Shown here piece after piece: positions 30,509 through 40,857 of a DNA stretch of 64,000 nt. The stretch spans positions 544,001-608,000 of the forward strand of contig CBDEFM010000001.1 of NCBI GenBank assembly GCA_965237415.1, given 5' to 3'. Origin of the DNA: Alphaproteobacteria bacterium. Lineage in GTDB: Bacteria > Pseudomonadota > Alphaproteobacteria > UBA828. Position numbers and translations under genes: made by a program. Every line of letters begins with the position of its first letter. The first letter of the stretch is position 1. The notes beneath the pieces are model-generated. The model ran no database searches and was not told the origin of the DNA. It saw nothing but the letters and a program-made list of their open reading frames with translations.

Positions 30509-32772
30509 GGCCCGGCAGTTATCCGCGCGTCGTCGCGCCAGTCAACGGCGGTCCCCGCGCCAGCCCGCTCCGAACCGTCTTTCGTGCCTGCCAGCCACTC
30601 GTCCAGCCTGGACCAGCGCCGGCGTCCCGCGGCGTTGCGCACCGCGATGGCGACTGCCTTCTTCTGGCCCACCAGCACTACCAGCCGCTTGCCGCGCGTG
30701 ACCCCGGTATAGAGCAGGTTCCGCCGCAGCATGGCGTAGTGCTGGGTCAGCACCGGAATAACTACAGCGGGATACTCCGAGCCCTGGCTCTTGTGGACCG
30801 TCGCCGCATAGGCCGGCACCAGCGTATCCAGCTCGCCGAAGCCGTACACGAGATCGCGCACTTCGAAGTGCGCGGTTAGTTCCCCGGACTCAGGATCCAC
30901 ATCCACGATCCGCCCGATGTCGCCGTTGTAGACCTCCTTGTCGTAGTCGTTCTCGATCTGCATGACCTTGTCGCCCGGCGCGAAGGTCCAGCCGAAGCGC
31001 TCGACCTTCCGTTCGCCCGCCGGGTTGAGCGCCGCCTGCAACTCGATGTTGAGCGAGCGGGCGCCTGCCCCGCCCCGGTTCATCGGGCACAGCACCTGGA
31101 TGTCCCGCATGGCATCGAAGCCGAAGCGCCGCGGAATGCGGGTCTTCACCAGCTCCACGATCCGGGCCGCCGCCGTCTCGGGGTCCTCCGCCGGCACGAA
31201 GTAGAAGTCGCTCTCGCCCTCGGGCCGGGAGAGGTCGGGGGTTGCACCCCGGTTGATGCCGTGGGCGGCGGTGACGATCCGGCTCCGGGCCGCCTGGCGG
31301 AACACCTCGGTCAGGCGCACCACCGGCACCGCACCGGAGGCGATGATGTCGGCCAACACCTGGCCCGGCCCCACCGAGGGCAGCTGGTCGACGTCGCCCA
31401 CGATCAGCAGCGCGGCTTCGTCGGGAACCGCCGCCATCAGTGCCCGCATCAGCATGACGTCGACCATCGACGTCTCGTCGATCACCAGCAGGTCGCAATC
31501 GAGCGGGTTCTCGCCATTGCGCCGGAACCCGCCCTTCGCAGGATCGACCTCGAGCAGGCGGTGGATCGTCTTCGCCTCGAACCCGGTGGCCTCGCTCATC
31601 CGCTTCGCCGCCCGCCCGGTCGGCGCGCACAGCAGGATATCGACGCCCTTGGCGGACAGGATGCTCAGGATCGAGTTGACGATCGTCGTCTTGCCGACCC
31701 CGGGCCCGCCGGTAATCACCGAGACCTTCGAGCAGAGCGCCGCCTTGACGGCGTCCGCCTGGCCGGGCGCAAGGGTGAGCCCGGTCTTCCGCTCTACCCA
31801 GGGCAGGGCCTTGTCCGGATCGATATCGGGCCAGGGGAGCTTGCCGGCCGCGATCTCGATCAGCCGCCCGGAGATCGCCCGCTCCGCGCGATAAAGGCCG
31901 CCCAGGAATATGCAGGGGATATCCTCGACAGTGTCGGCAACCACGGTGCCTTCGGCGAGTTCCAGATCCAGCGCGGTGCGGATCAGATCGTCGGGAACCT
32001 CCAGGAGCTTGGCCGCAAGCGGCCCCAGCTCTTCTTCCGGCAGACCGCAATGGCCCTCGTCCATCGCTTCGGTCAGAGCGTAGCCGATGCCGGCGCGGAC
32101 CCGGACCATGGCCGTCTTCTCGATCCCCAGCTTCATCGCGATCGCGTCGGCGGTCACGAAGCCGATCCCGCGTATGTCGCGGGCGAGCCGGTACGGATTC
32201 TCGGTCATCACCTCCACGGCGTCGGCGCCGTAGGTCCGGAATATCCGCACCGCACGCGCCGTGCCGACGCCATGGCTGTGCAGGAACACCATGATCTCGC
32301 GGACCACCTTCTGCTCGGCCCAGGCGTCGGTGATCCGCTTCGCCCGCACCTTGCCGATGCCGGTCACCTCGCGCAGCCGTTCCGGCTCGGCCTCGATGAT
32401 GTCGAACACCTTCTCGCCGAACGCACGGATCAGCTTGCGGGCGTAGACCGGGCCGATGCCCCGGATCATGCCCGAACCGAGATACTTCTCGATGCCCTCG
32501 ACGGAGGACGGCGCGGCGGTGCGAATGAAGCGCGCCTTGAACTGCTGGCCATGGGTGCGGTCGTTGACCCATTCGCCCGAGGCGGTGATCCATTCTCCCG
32601 GCGCCACCATGGCGGCATGGCCAACCACGGTGACCAGGTCGCGATGGCCCCGCGCCCTGGTCCGCAGCACGCAGAAGCCGTTCTCGGGATTGTGGAAGGT
32701 GACGCGCTCGACCAGCCCGGCCAGGACCTCCCGGTCCGCAGAGTCAGGTTGCCGGCCGGCGCCGGGTTTCAC
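30505..32772 (-). CDS. recD2: RecD2-like ATP-dependent DNA helicase
   Basis: VERVTFHN, ENPYRLARDIRGIGF, TGGPGVGKTT, IDETSMVD, GDVDQLPSVGPG, YAATVHKSQGSE. Confidence 0.92.
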   Translation of the reverse strand: MKPGAGRQPDSADREVLAGLVERVTFHNPENGFCVLRTRARGHRDLVTVVGHAAMVAPGEWITASGEWVNDRTHGQQFKARFIRTAAPSSVEGIEKYLGSGMIRGIGPVYARKLIRAFGEKVFDIIEAEPERLREVTGIGKVRAKRITDAWAEQKVVREIMVFLHSHGVGTARAVRIFRTYGADAVEVMTENPYRLARDIRGIGFVTADAIAMKLGIEKTAMVRVRAGIGYALTEAMDEGHCGLPEEELGPLAAKLLEVPDDLIRTALDLELAEGTVVADTVEDIPCIFLGGLYRAERAISGRLIEIAAGKLPWPDIDPDKALPWVERKTGLTLAPGQADAVKAALCSKVSVITGGPGVGKTTIVNSILSILSAKGVDILLCAPTGRAAKRMSEATGFEAKTIHRLLEVDPAKGGFRRNGENPLDCDLLVIDETSMVDVMLMRALMAAVPDEAALLIVGDVDQLPSVGPGQVLADIIASGAVPVVRLTEVFRQAARSRIVTAAHGINRGATPDLSRPEGESDFYFVPAEDPETAAARIVELVKTRIPRRFGFDAMRDIQVLCPMNRGGAGARSLNIELQAALNPAGERKVERFGWTFAPGDKVMQIENDYDKEVYNGDIGRIVDVDPESGELTAHFEVRDLVYGFGELDTLVPAYAATVHKSQGSEYPAVVIPVLTQHYAMLRRNLLYTGVTRGKRLVVLVGQKKAVAIAVRNAAGRRRWSRLDEWLAGTKDGSERAGAGTAVDWRDDARITAGP

Positions 32773-33155
32773 GACGTGCCGAGCGCCGGAGCGGCGAGCA
32801 GCTCCTTGACGAACTCGAAGCGCCGCGCCTTGGCGGCCGAGGCGGCAAGGTCATCCAACTCCGGATCGTAGACGTCCATCGCATCCATGTCGCGCTGGAC
32901 ACGCTCACGCTCGATCCGCGCCAGGTGCTCCTCGACTTCCTCGGGCGTGAACATGCGTCTGAGCTCCGAGACGAACTGCGGCAGTGCCCGCGCGAACTCG
33001 GGATGCTCCTCCGCCGCCTCCGCGAAGGTGAGCAGCTTCTCGCCGACCACGTAGTCGAAGGCCGACCCGACGCCGTATTGGAGCCGGATGGACTCGGCCG
33101 CCTCGCACTGCTCGATCCAGATATCCTGCCAGCGGCGTTCGGTTGTCTGCTCCAT
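32769..33155 (-). CDS. Hypothetical protein
   Basis: 128-aa ORF whose stop overlaps the recD2 start (GTGA); RBS GGAG upstream. Confidence 0.65.
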   Translation of the reverse strand: MEQTTERRWQDIWIEQCEAAESIRLQYGVGSAFDYVVGEKLLTFAEAAEEHPEFARALPQFVSELRRMFTPEEVEEHLARIERERVQRDMDAMDVYDPELDDLAASAAKARRFEFVKELLAAPALGTS

Positions 33156-33194
33156 TCCCGATCTCCTTGTCCCCGCGACACCCCGCTGCCGCGT

Positions 33195-33845
33195 TCATGT
33201 GCCGGCGGGCGAGCCCGGCCGGCCCGCCCCGAACAGCGCATCGATATCCTCATCCGTCAGCGCCAGCGGGCCCTTGCCCGTTCCTTCGAACAGGGCGTCC
33301 GCCAGAGACTGCTTGCGCGCCTGCATCCGCTGGATGGCGGCCTCGACGGTATTCTCCGCGATCAGCCGGTGGACGAATACCGGCTTGTCCTGGCCGATCC
33401 GGTGCGCCCGGTCCATGGCCTGGCGTTCCACCGCCGGGTTCCACCAGGGATCGTAGACGATGACGGTATCGGCGGCGGTCAGGTTGAGGCCCGTGCCGCC
33501 GGTCTTCAGGCTGACCAGGAACAGCGGCAGGTCGCCGGACTGGAATGCCTCGACCTGGGCGTCGCGGTCCTTCGTTGCCCCGTGCAGCATGGCGTAGCCC
33601 CAGCCGCGCTCGGCAACGTCGCGTTCGACCAGTCTCAGCATCGTCACGAACTGGGAGAACACCAGAACCTTCCGGCCCTCGGCGACCAGTTCCTCCAGCA
33701 GCGCCATGAGGCGCGCCCGCTTGGCGCTCACCGTGACCTTGCGGGCCGCGTCGAGCTTGACCAGACCCGGATCGCAGCAGACCTGGCGCAGCTTGAGCAG
33801 CGCGTCGAAGATCGCGATGCGGGACCCCGCCAGACCTTTCGCGGC
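33195..33845 (-). pseudogene. SNF2-family helicase C-terminal fragment
   Basis: LLKLRQVCCDP, KVLVFSQF, LKTGGTGLNLTAAD, DPWWNPAVERQAMDRAHRIGQ; ATPase lobe absent. Confidence 0.85.
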
Positions 33846-34411
33846 CCCTCGTTGGCCATGGTCCGCCACTTTCCATCGCCGCCCCTGACCATGTTGGCGA
33901 GCACGGCATGGGTATGGAGCTGCGGGTCGAGATTGCGCGAGGTGTCGTGGCGGAAGGTGGCGGCGACGATCTCCTGGCCGCCGACCCGGACCATCTTCCC
34001 GGTCTCCTTGTCCTGCATCCGGGTCTCGGCGGCGTTCTTCTCGATCCAGCCGAGGGTTGCCTTCACGGCGCGGTCGTGGGCCTCGACGATGCGCGCATCG
34101 CCGCCCACCAGCGCGGCGAGCGAGACCGATTTCGGGGCCGAGAAGGTGAGGTCGCGGCCGGGACGGTGCGCGATCTCCCCGTCCTTGCCGCGGCGCCCGA
34201 GCCGTTGCCCCGACCCGTCGGGCACCTGGCCTTCGAGCACCCCCCGGAACACCTCGGCATCGACCGGGCCGTCGAGCCCGAGCTCGGCCGCGCCCTTGCC
34301 GGCCCAGGCGCTGGCGGCGCGGTGATCGGGATCGTCCTTCTCGTAATAGCCGTCGCGTTCGTAGTAGCTTGCGCCCTGGGCCGCCGAGGAAAGCGCCCCG
34401 ATCGAGAGCAT
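33846..34411 (-). pseudogene. trwC: MOBF (TrwC-like) relaxase, N-terminal fragment
   Basis: SYYERDGYY, DLTFSAPKSVSL, FRHDTSRNLDPQLHTHAVLANM; truncated at the SNF2 junction. Confidence 0.88.
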
Positions 34412-34412
34412 C

Positions 34413-35932
34413 TCAGCCCCAGTCCTGCGCCGCCTGCGGCTCCGCATCGTCCGTCTGCGAGGCCGAACCGGTCGCCGGACCGCCGCCGCGTTGCCGTTCC
34501 ACGCCGGCGGCGGGCGTTTCGCCCGAGCCGGAGGTCTTCTCCGCGGCGGCGTCCGCTTCGTCCGTTCGCCCCTTATCGGCGTCGTCCGGCGCAGTTTCCG
34601 GCGTCGCCGCCACCAAAGGCTCCGGCGCCATGTCGCTGTCTTCCGGCGGCCAGAATTCCAGCTCGCCCTGCGGGTCCGGCATCTCTGCCGCATCGTCCGC
34701 CGCCGGCTCCGGCGGAGCGCCATCCTCGCCCGCGGTTTCCGGCGCGGCACCGGCGGTTTGGGTGTCCCCCCGCGCCTTGAACCGTTCCGCCGCCGCCGGC
34801 CGTTTGACGTATTTGAGCCGGATCGAGGCGACCGGGAAGGGGCCGGGGAACTTGAGATAGCCGGAGAGGTTGGGCAGGCGCATGATCTCCGAGGGCAGCG
34901 CCAGCGCGCGCAATTCGCGCTTCGGCGTGAGCGAGACGCCGTCGCGGATGGTGTTGGCGCCGTAGGAGTAGCCCTCGGCGACCTCCTCGACCTCGCTGCG
35001 CCCGAGGCTGTCGGCCGACCATTGCGCGGTGTCGCGGTCGGGGGCGGCCAGCACCACGCGGGTGCCGCACAAGCCCGAGATGGTCTCGGCGCCGTTGCGC
35101 CCGTAGAGGTCGCGCAAGGCGGACGCGACCTGGACGCCGAGCACGAAGCAGCCGCCGAACTGGCGCGATTCGGCGAGGCCGGGCTGCAGCGACGGCACCT
35201 GGTGCAGGGTCGGGAGCTCGTCGAGGATGACCCAGATGCGCCGCCCGTCGTCCTGGGGCAGCGACAGCATGGCGTTGACCGCGATCTCGAGCCAGGTCGA
35301 GATCAGGCCGCGCAGGGATGCATGCTGGTCGCCGCGCGAGGTCAGGAACAGGAAGCTTCCACTGTTTCGGGCGCCGTCCTCCCGTGAGATCCACTCCCTG
35401 ATGGAAAAGGGTTGTCCGGTGTCGGGCAGGAACTCCAGCGCGGAGAGATGCGCGGTCAGCATGGCCCGCACCGACAGCGCGGTCCTGGGGTTCTCCGGAT
35501 CCACGATCGACTGCGCCACCGTGCCCTCCATCGCCTCGGCCAGCGCCGTGAGCTCGGTCTTGAGGAGATGGTCGACCAGGACCTTGTTTTCCGTGACGCC
35601 GCGTTCCCAGAGCACGCCGGCGCCGTTCGAGAACAGTTGCCTTGCCGCCGTCACCCAGAACGGATCGACGGTGTCCTTCTGCTGCGGGATCAGCGCCGCC
35701 GCCATCATGTCGAAGTCGCGCGGGTTGCGGGCCTCGTAGAAGGGCGACCAGCGCGGCGCCCTGGCGTCGAGCGGGTTCATCAGCACGTCGCGGTCCGGAT
35801 CGAAGAACGACCGGGTGTAGCTCCCCATCTTGTCGTAGATGACGCCGCGCTCGCCGCGCGCGCGGACCTGGGCCACCAGGTCGGCGATCAGCACCGTCTT
35901 GCCCGAACCCGTGGTGCCCGAGACGATGGTGT
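34413..35932 (-). pseudogene. trwB: Type IV coupling protein (TrwB/TraD-like), 5'-truncated
   Basis: Begins at HTIVSGTTGSGKT; IYDKMG, NPLDAR, ILDELPTL, ESRQFGG, LRDLYG; N-terminal TM segments absent. Confidence 0.85.
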
Positions 35933-35934
35933 GA

Positions 35935-36282
35935 AAACTTTAATTATGATATTCGGTACATTGAGGCTGATGTAGGGTTGCAGGTTTCTCCTGTAAGAGG
36001 GTTATAATACAGTGGCTTAGGGTTGTTGTCAAGGACGGGTGGGGATGGTTGGAACGACATAGAATTTGATTGTGTGTCATTGAGGAGTTGCATTCGGGGA
36101 TGTGGGTGTGGAGGCTGGGGTGGGACATCAGAATGATCTTGATAGCGAGATAGATGGGTTCTGTACGTAACCTATAAGTGATGCGAGTCATCTGGTCATG
36201 AGGATTTTCTTGGGAGATTTTATAATTTCGATTCCCTAAATTGGTCTGGTGTGTCATAGTTGATGCAGGCTTTTTCAGACGG
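35935..36282. other. Lower-GC intergenic region, candidate oriT/promoter region
   Basis: Non-coding, lies between trwB and the divergent RHH genes; GGTGTGTCATAG loosely resembles MOBF nic sites. Confidence 0.35.
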
Positions 36283-36654
36283 ATGGCGACCATGAAGGAG
36301 GATGCCAGCGGGCGGCGACAGCGTGCCGTGATGGCGACCGATGCGGAGTGGGAACGGATCGGCCGGGCGGCTGCGGAGAGCGGCATGGACCTGTCGCGCT
36401 TCGTGGTCCATCGCGCCCTGGATCGGGACCCTCTACCGCCGGAGGTCCTGCGCCGGGCTGTTCGCGAGATGCTGGTGCTGGCCAGGCTGGAGGAGAGGCG
36501 GCTGCGCGGGGCCGGCGCGGGCGAGGCCTGGGAGGACGCCTGCGACGCGGTTGACGAATGGATCGAGCGGGAGGGCATGCTGGAGGGGCTGACCGATCCC
36601 GGCGCGGCGAACCGCTGGAAGGCGGTGGGGCCGGCTGGGGAGGGCGAGCCGTGA
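36283..36654 (+). CDS. Ribbon-helix-helix (MobC/TrwA-like) protein 1
   Basis: RRQRAVMATDAEWERIGRAAAESGMDLSRFVVHRAL. Confidence 0.65.
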   Translation: MATMKEDASGRRQRAVMATDAEWERIGRAAAESGMDLSRFVVHRALDRDPLPPEVLRRAVREMLVLARLEERRLRGAGAGEAWEDACDAVDEWIEREGMLEGLTDPGAANRWKAVGPAGEGEP

Positions 36655-36962
36655 CGGAGGAGGCGGGGCGGCCCGGCAGGCGGCAGCGGAGCCTGCACTG
36701 CAAGCCTGCGGAGCAGGCGATGATCCGGGAGCGCGCGGCGGCGGCGGGCAAGACCGTGTCGCGCTATGTGATGGAGCTTGCGCTCGCCGACGATCCGGAC
36801 CGTCATCCCCTGGTGCTGTCGGAAGAGGAACAGGCTGAGTTGCGGGATGGGGTGCGGGAGTTGCAGGCATTCGTGCTGGCTCTCCGGCGCGAGCTTCCGG
36901 GCGGCAGCGGGCTGAGCCTGCTGAGCGCGGTCTCTGTGATTGCACGGGTGCGGGCGCCGTGA
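36651..36962 (+). CDS. Ribbon-helix-helix protein 2
   Basis: RRQRSLHCKPAEQAMIRERAAAAGKTVSRYVMELAL; GTGA overlap. Confidence 0.65.
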   Translation: MTEEAGRPGRRQRSLHCKPAEQAMIRERAAAAGKTVSRYVMELALADDPDRHPLVLSEEEQAELRDGVRELQAFVLALRRELPGGSGLSLLSAVSVIARVRAP

Positions 36963-37459
36963 GACGGAAGCGGCGCCGCCGGAAGGTGGGCAAGCACATC
37001 TCGCTCTCGGCGACGGACGCGGATTGGGAGATCGTTCGCCGCAACGCAAAGCGGCGCGGCCTGTCGATCGCGCGCTACCTTGTAGAGCTGGTGGAGCGGG
37101 ACGCTTCGGAAGAGGACGCCGGTCCTGAGCTGGCGTTCGCAAGGGAAGAGCAGCGGGAGCTGCTGGAGGCGGTGCGCGAGGTTCGCGCGCTGATGCTGGA
37201 GGGGGAGGATGCGGGTCCCCTGGTGCGCGACATGCAGGAGCGGATCGCGGTGATGTTCGCCGCCTGGGCATCTGCGATGGCCGGGTCGGGCCGCTCGGAA
37301 GAGCTGTGCGCGGCGCTCGCCTCGGTGGTGGGCGAGGAACGGGCGCGCATCGCTGCGGCCTCGGTCATGGCCTCGGTCGTGCCGTCTGCCGCGAAGCGGG
37401 CGAAGGTTCCGCAGGCCGGCGATGGGAAGACGCACCCCCGCCAGGACCGGCTGCTGTGA
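36959..37459 (+). CDS. Ribbon-helix-helix protein 3
   Basis: KHISLSATDADWEIVRRNAKRRGLSIARYLVELV; GTGA overlap. Confidence 0.65.
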   Translation: MRRKRRRRKVGKHISLSATDADWEIVRRNAKRRGLSIARYLVELVERDASEEDAGPELAFAREEQRELLEAVREVRALMLEGEDAGPLVRDMQERIAVMFAAWASAMAGSGRSEELCAALASVVGEERARIAAASVMASVVPSAAKRAKVPQAGDGKTHPRQDRLL

Positions 37460-37528
37460 GGCAGGCGCCGTCTCCGCCGCCGACCCCGGTGAGGTGCAGG
37501 AGGTCGTCCACGCGAGGAGAGAGGCAAC

Positions 37529-38161
37529 GTGACTGCGGAGCGCGACGGCAAGAGTAGACGGACGGACCAGCCGGACCTCCTGGCGAGCCTGCCGGACGAG
37601 CGTCCGCCCGCTTCGCAGCCGGCACCCGGTATCGATCCGGCCGCGATCGAGGAATTGGTAACCGGGGTGCGGGACATCCGCGAGCAATTTGCCGGACTGA
37701 GGGAAGCGGAGGCCGCCGACCGGCCTGCGCCAGTGCCTGCGGCACTGACGCCGGAGGCGCTTGAGGCCTGGGGCGACAAGCTCGTGGCCCGTGTCGCCGA
37801 GGCCGCGCGGACCGCGGACGCGCCGGGGGACAACGCGGCGGCAACTCGTATCAAAAGGATTGAGGACGCGGCGGCGAAGGCGGAAGCGGCGGCAGAGCGC
37901 ATCGATGGGGGACTGGAAAGCACTGCGGACCGGGTTGTGGCCGAGATCGAGGGGGCCGTCACCACGATGAACGAGAGCCTCGCGAAGACGCGAGCCCAAG
38001 TCATCCAGCAGTCCCGTCAGGCCGATCCGATTCTCGAAGTCATCAAGACACGCGTGGCCGGGCCGAGGTACGGCTGGCGGACGGTCTTCGTGTGCTTGAT
38101 CGTCTTCGTCGCGGGCATGTTGCTCGAGAGCTACATACACTTGTTCTACCGATGGCTGTGA
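37529..38161 (+). CDS. Coiled-coil protein with C-terminal membrane anchor
   Basis: A/E-rich helices ending in TVFVCLIVFVAGMLL. Confidence 0.6.
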   Translation: MTAERDGKSRRTDQPDLLASLPDERPPASQPAPGIDPAAIEELVTGVRDIREQFAGLREAEAADRPAPVPAALTPEALEAWGDKLVARVAEAARTADAPGDNAAATRIKRIEDAAAKAEAAAERIDGGLESTADRVVAEIEGAVTTMNESLAKTRAQVIQQSRQADPILEVIKTRVAGPRYGWRTVFVCLIVFVAGMLLESYIHLFYRWL

Positions 38162-38236
38162 GCCCGTTGAGCCGGCGGCGTTCCCCCTCTCTGCCTCTGC
38201 CGCTCACCGGCGCGGCCTTATCCGAGGCCTGAGCCG

Positions 38237-38985
38237 ATGACAGCCACGGTCGTGGTGGTTCGTTCGTCCGGCAAGGCGGTGATCTATTACGAGCGCGACG
38301 GCTACTACCTCAAGAACGACCCCGAGCACCGCCAGGCGAGTTTTTGGTACGGGGATGCGGCGAAGGCGCTGGGGCTCAGGGCCCACGTGCATCCATCGCG
38401 CTTCGAAGCGGTGCTGTCGGGATACGTGCCCGGGACGGATCTGCGTCTCGGCCGGATGCGCGAGGGGCAGCACGAGCACCGGCCCGGCTGGGACATCACC
38501 CTGTCGGCGCCGAAGTCGGTGTCGCTGGAGGCGCTGGTGATGGGCGACCGCCGCGTGATCCGGGCTCACGACGAGGCGGTGCGCGCGACGCTCGACTTCG
38601 TGGAGGCGGAGCTTCTGCAGACCCGGGGCTGGGACCCGGCGACCCGCCGCCGCCCCCGGGTGAGCGCGAATGGCATGGTGGTGGCGGGGTTCCGGCATCT
38701 GGCGAGCCGCGACCAGGACCCGCAGCTGCACACCCACTGCGTGCTGGCCAACATGACGCGCACTGCCTCGGGCGAATGGCGGAGCGTGGAGCCGACGAAG
38801 ATCCGCCGCAGCCAGAAGCTGATCGGAGCGTATTACCGGAACGAGCTGGCGCGGCGCCTCCAGGCGCTCGGCATGGCGGTGGCGCCGCGCATGGTGGGGC
38901 CGGTACCGGGGTTCGAGCTTGCGGGTTACGAGCGCTCGTTCATCGATGCCTTCTCGGGCCGGCGCCGGGCGATCCTGGAATATCG
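38237..38985 (+). pseudogene. trwC: Second MOBF relaxase, truncated after the nuclease domain
   Basis: IYYERDGYY, DITLSAPKSVSL, FRHLASRDQDPQLHTHCVLANM, FSGRRRAI, then unrelated sequence. Confidence 0.85.
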
Positions 38986-39329
38986 CCCGCGTGGCAGCCA
39001 GACGAATCAACGGCTTGAGCTGTCAACGCGGCATATTCTGAATGTCGGCATATTTGCCGCAATGCCGAAATCGGCATTGCGGTAACGACCCCTCCTACCC
39101 GGCCCGGCAGGGCTTCGTGATTCTGGAGCGGTCAGAGATCGACGACGACCGAGGACACCGATGCCCGCGATGTTGAAACAGGGCGCTTGCGGTACGATGA
39201 CGGCGCCCGCGCCCGTAGGTTCGCGTGCCGATAAGAAGTCAAGCCAGGCTAAAGGGTTGACGCGAGCCCGCCGCCCCCGCTACCGGCAAGATGGCGAAAC
39301 AAGCAGAAACATGCGCATAGCAGGGCGAT

Positions 39330-39430
39330 CGGCCTCCGGGCGGGGCGCTGCGGTGGCCCTGGCATATGCGAGCCAGACGCCGGAGTCGCGCCGGTTCGGG
39401 TCGACGCCGCGGTGGTTACCGGCATCATCG
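39330..39430 (-). pseudogene. LysR paralogue remnant
   Basis: NHRGVDPNRRDSGVWLAYA matches the NHRGVDPxRRDFDxWLAY motif of the two intact LysRs. Confidence 0.6.
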
Positions 39431-39705
39431 ATGCGATTCCGGACGCGGGCCGGGATGAGCCGCGCAAGCAGGGTCAAATCCTGTCGCGGCTCGTCGAACG
39501 CGTCGCTTCGGGCCAGGTGTCGGGCAGATCAGGGCCGGCGCGTGGTCGACAAGCTCCCGGCCTTCGCCTATGTGATGCCGGTTCGCACCGTGGCGAGCAC
39601 TGGGCCGGATGTCGTCACGGGCAAGCGGCGCAACATGCGTATCCCGGCCGGGGCGGTGTGCGGCCCGGGAGGTCCCGGGTACCGATGCGAGCGAGGAGGC
39701 TGCCG

Positions 39706-40782
39706 ATGAGCCGCGCGATGAAGGCGATGGTGCTCACCGGTCACGGCGGCCTCGACCGGTACGAATGGCGCGAGGACTGGCCCGTGCCGGTGCCCGGACC
39801 GATGGAGGTGCTGATCGCGGTCGGCGCCTGCGGGCTGAACAACACCGACGTCAATACCCGCACCGGCTGGTATTCCCGGACCGTGACGGACGCCACGACC
39901 GGCGACGCCCGCGCCGGGCTCGATGCCGGCGACGCCGGCTGGGGCGGCCGGCGCATCCGCTTCCCGCGCATCCAGGGCGCGGATGTCGTGGGCAATGTGG
40001 TCGCCGTGGGCGAGGGCGCCGATTCCGGCCTGGTCGGCAAGCGGGTCATGGTCGACGGCTGGCAGCGCGACCGGTCGGACCCGGAAAACCTGGACAAGGC
40101 GGGCTATTTCGGATCGGAGATCGACGGCGGCTTCGCCGAGTACACCAAGTGCGACATGCGCAACCTGGCGGTCGTCGAGTGCAACTTGAGCGACGCCGAG
40201 CTTGCGACCTTCTCCTGCTCCTACACCACGGCCGAAGGCATGCTGAACCGCGCGCGCGTGGGAGCGGGAGACACCGTGCTGGTTCCCGGCGCGTCGGGCG
40301 GAGTGGGGGGCGCGCTGGTCCAGCTCGCGAAACGCCGCGGCGCGCGGGCGATCGCCATGGCGTCCGAGGCCAAGCACGCCGAGGTGGCAAGGCTCGACCC
40401 CGACCGGATCCTGCCGCGTGCGCCCGGGGATTTGCGCGGGGCGTTGGAGGGCGAGACGGTCACGGTCGTCGCCGATGTCGTCGGCGGGCCCGGCTGGCCG
40501 GCGCTGATCGACATCCTCGCGCGCGGCGGGCGCTACACCTGCTCCGGCGCCATCGCCGGGCCCACGGTCGCGCTCGACCTGCGCAGCCTCTATCTGCGCG
40601 ACCTCACCTTCACCGGCTCCACCGTGGTGCCGGGCCATGTCTTCCGGGATGTCGTGGGCTACATCGAGCGGGGGGAGGTCAGGCCGGTGCTGGCGGCGAC
40701 CTGGCCGCTCTCCGAGCTGCGCGCCGCCCAACGGGCGTTCATCGACAAGCGCCACGTCGGGAACATCGTGGTCGTGCCGTGA
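39706..40782 (+). CDS. MDR-superfamily (alcohol dehydrogenase-like) oxidoreductase
   Basis: GACGLNNTDVNTRTGWY, FPRIQGADVVG, DGGFAEY, PGASGGVGGALVQLA. Confidence 0.9.
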   Translation: MSRAMKAMVLTGHGGLDRYEWREDWPVPVPGPMEVLIAVGACGLNNTDVNTRTGWYSRTVTDATTGDARAGLDAGDAGWGGRRIRFPRIQGADVVGNVVAVGEGADSGLVGKRVMVDGWQRDRSDPENLDKAGYFGSEIDGGFAEYTKCDMRNLAVVECNLSDAELATFSCSYTTAEGMLNRARVGAGDTVLVPGASGGVGGALVQLAKRRGARAIAMASEAKHAEVARLDPDRILPRAPGDLRGALEGETVTVVADVVGGPGWPALIDILARGGRYTCSGAIAGPTVALDLRSLYLRDLTFTGSTVVPGHVFRDVVGYIERGEVRPVLAATWPLSELRAAQRAFIDKRHVGNIVVVP

Positions 40783-40857
40783 ACCTGCCCCGGTACCCGC
40801 GAGCAGGAACGCCCTCCAGGCAATATTGAAAGCGCCCAGTTGGACGCGGACGCCGGT

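Noticed and set aside
31261-32871. 536-aa plus-strand ORF
   Set aside because: Antisense shadow of recD2 in high-GC sequence; no motifs.
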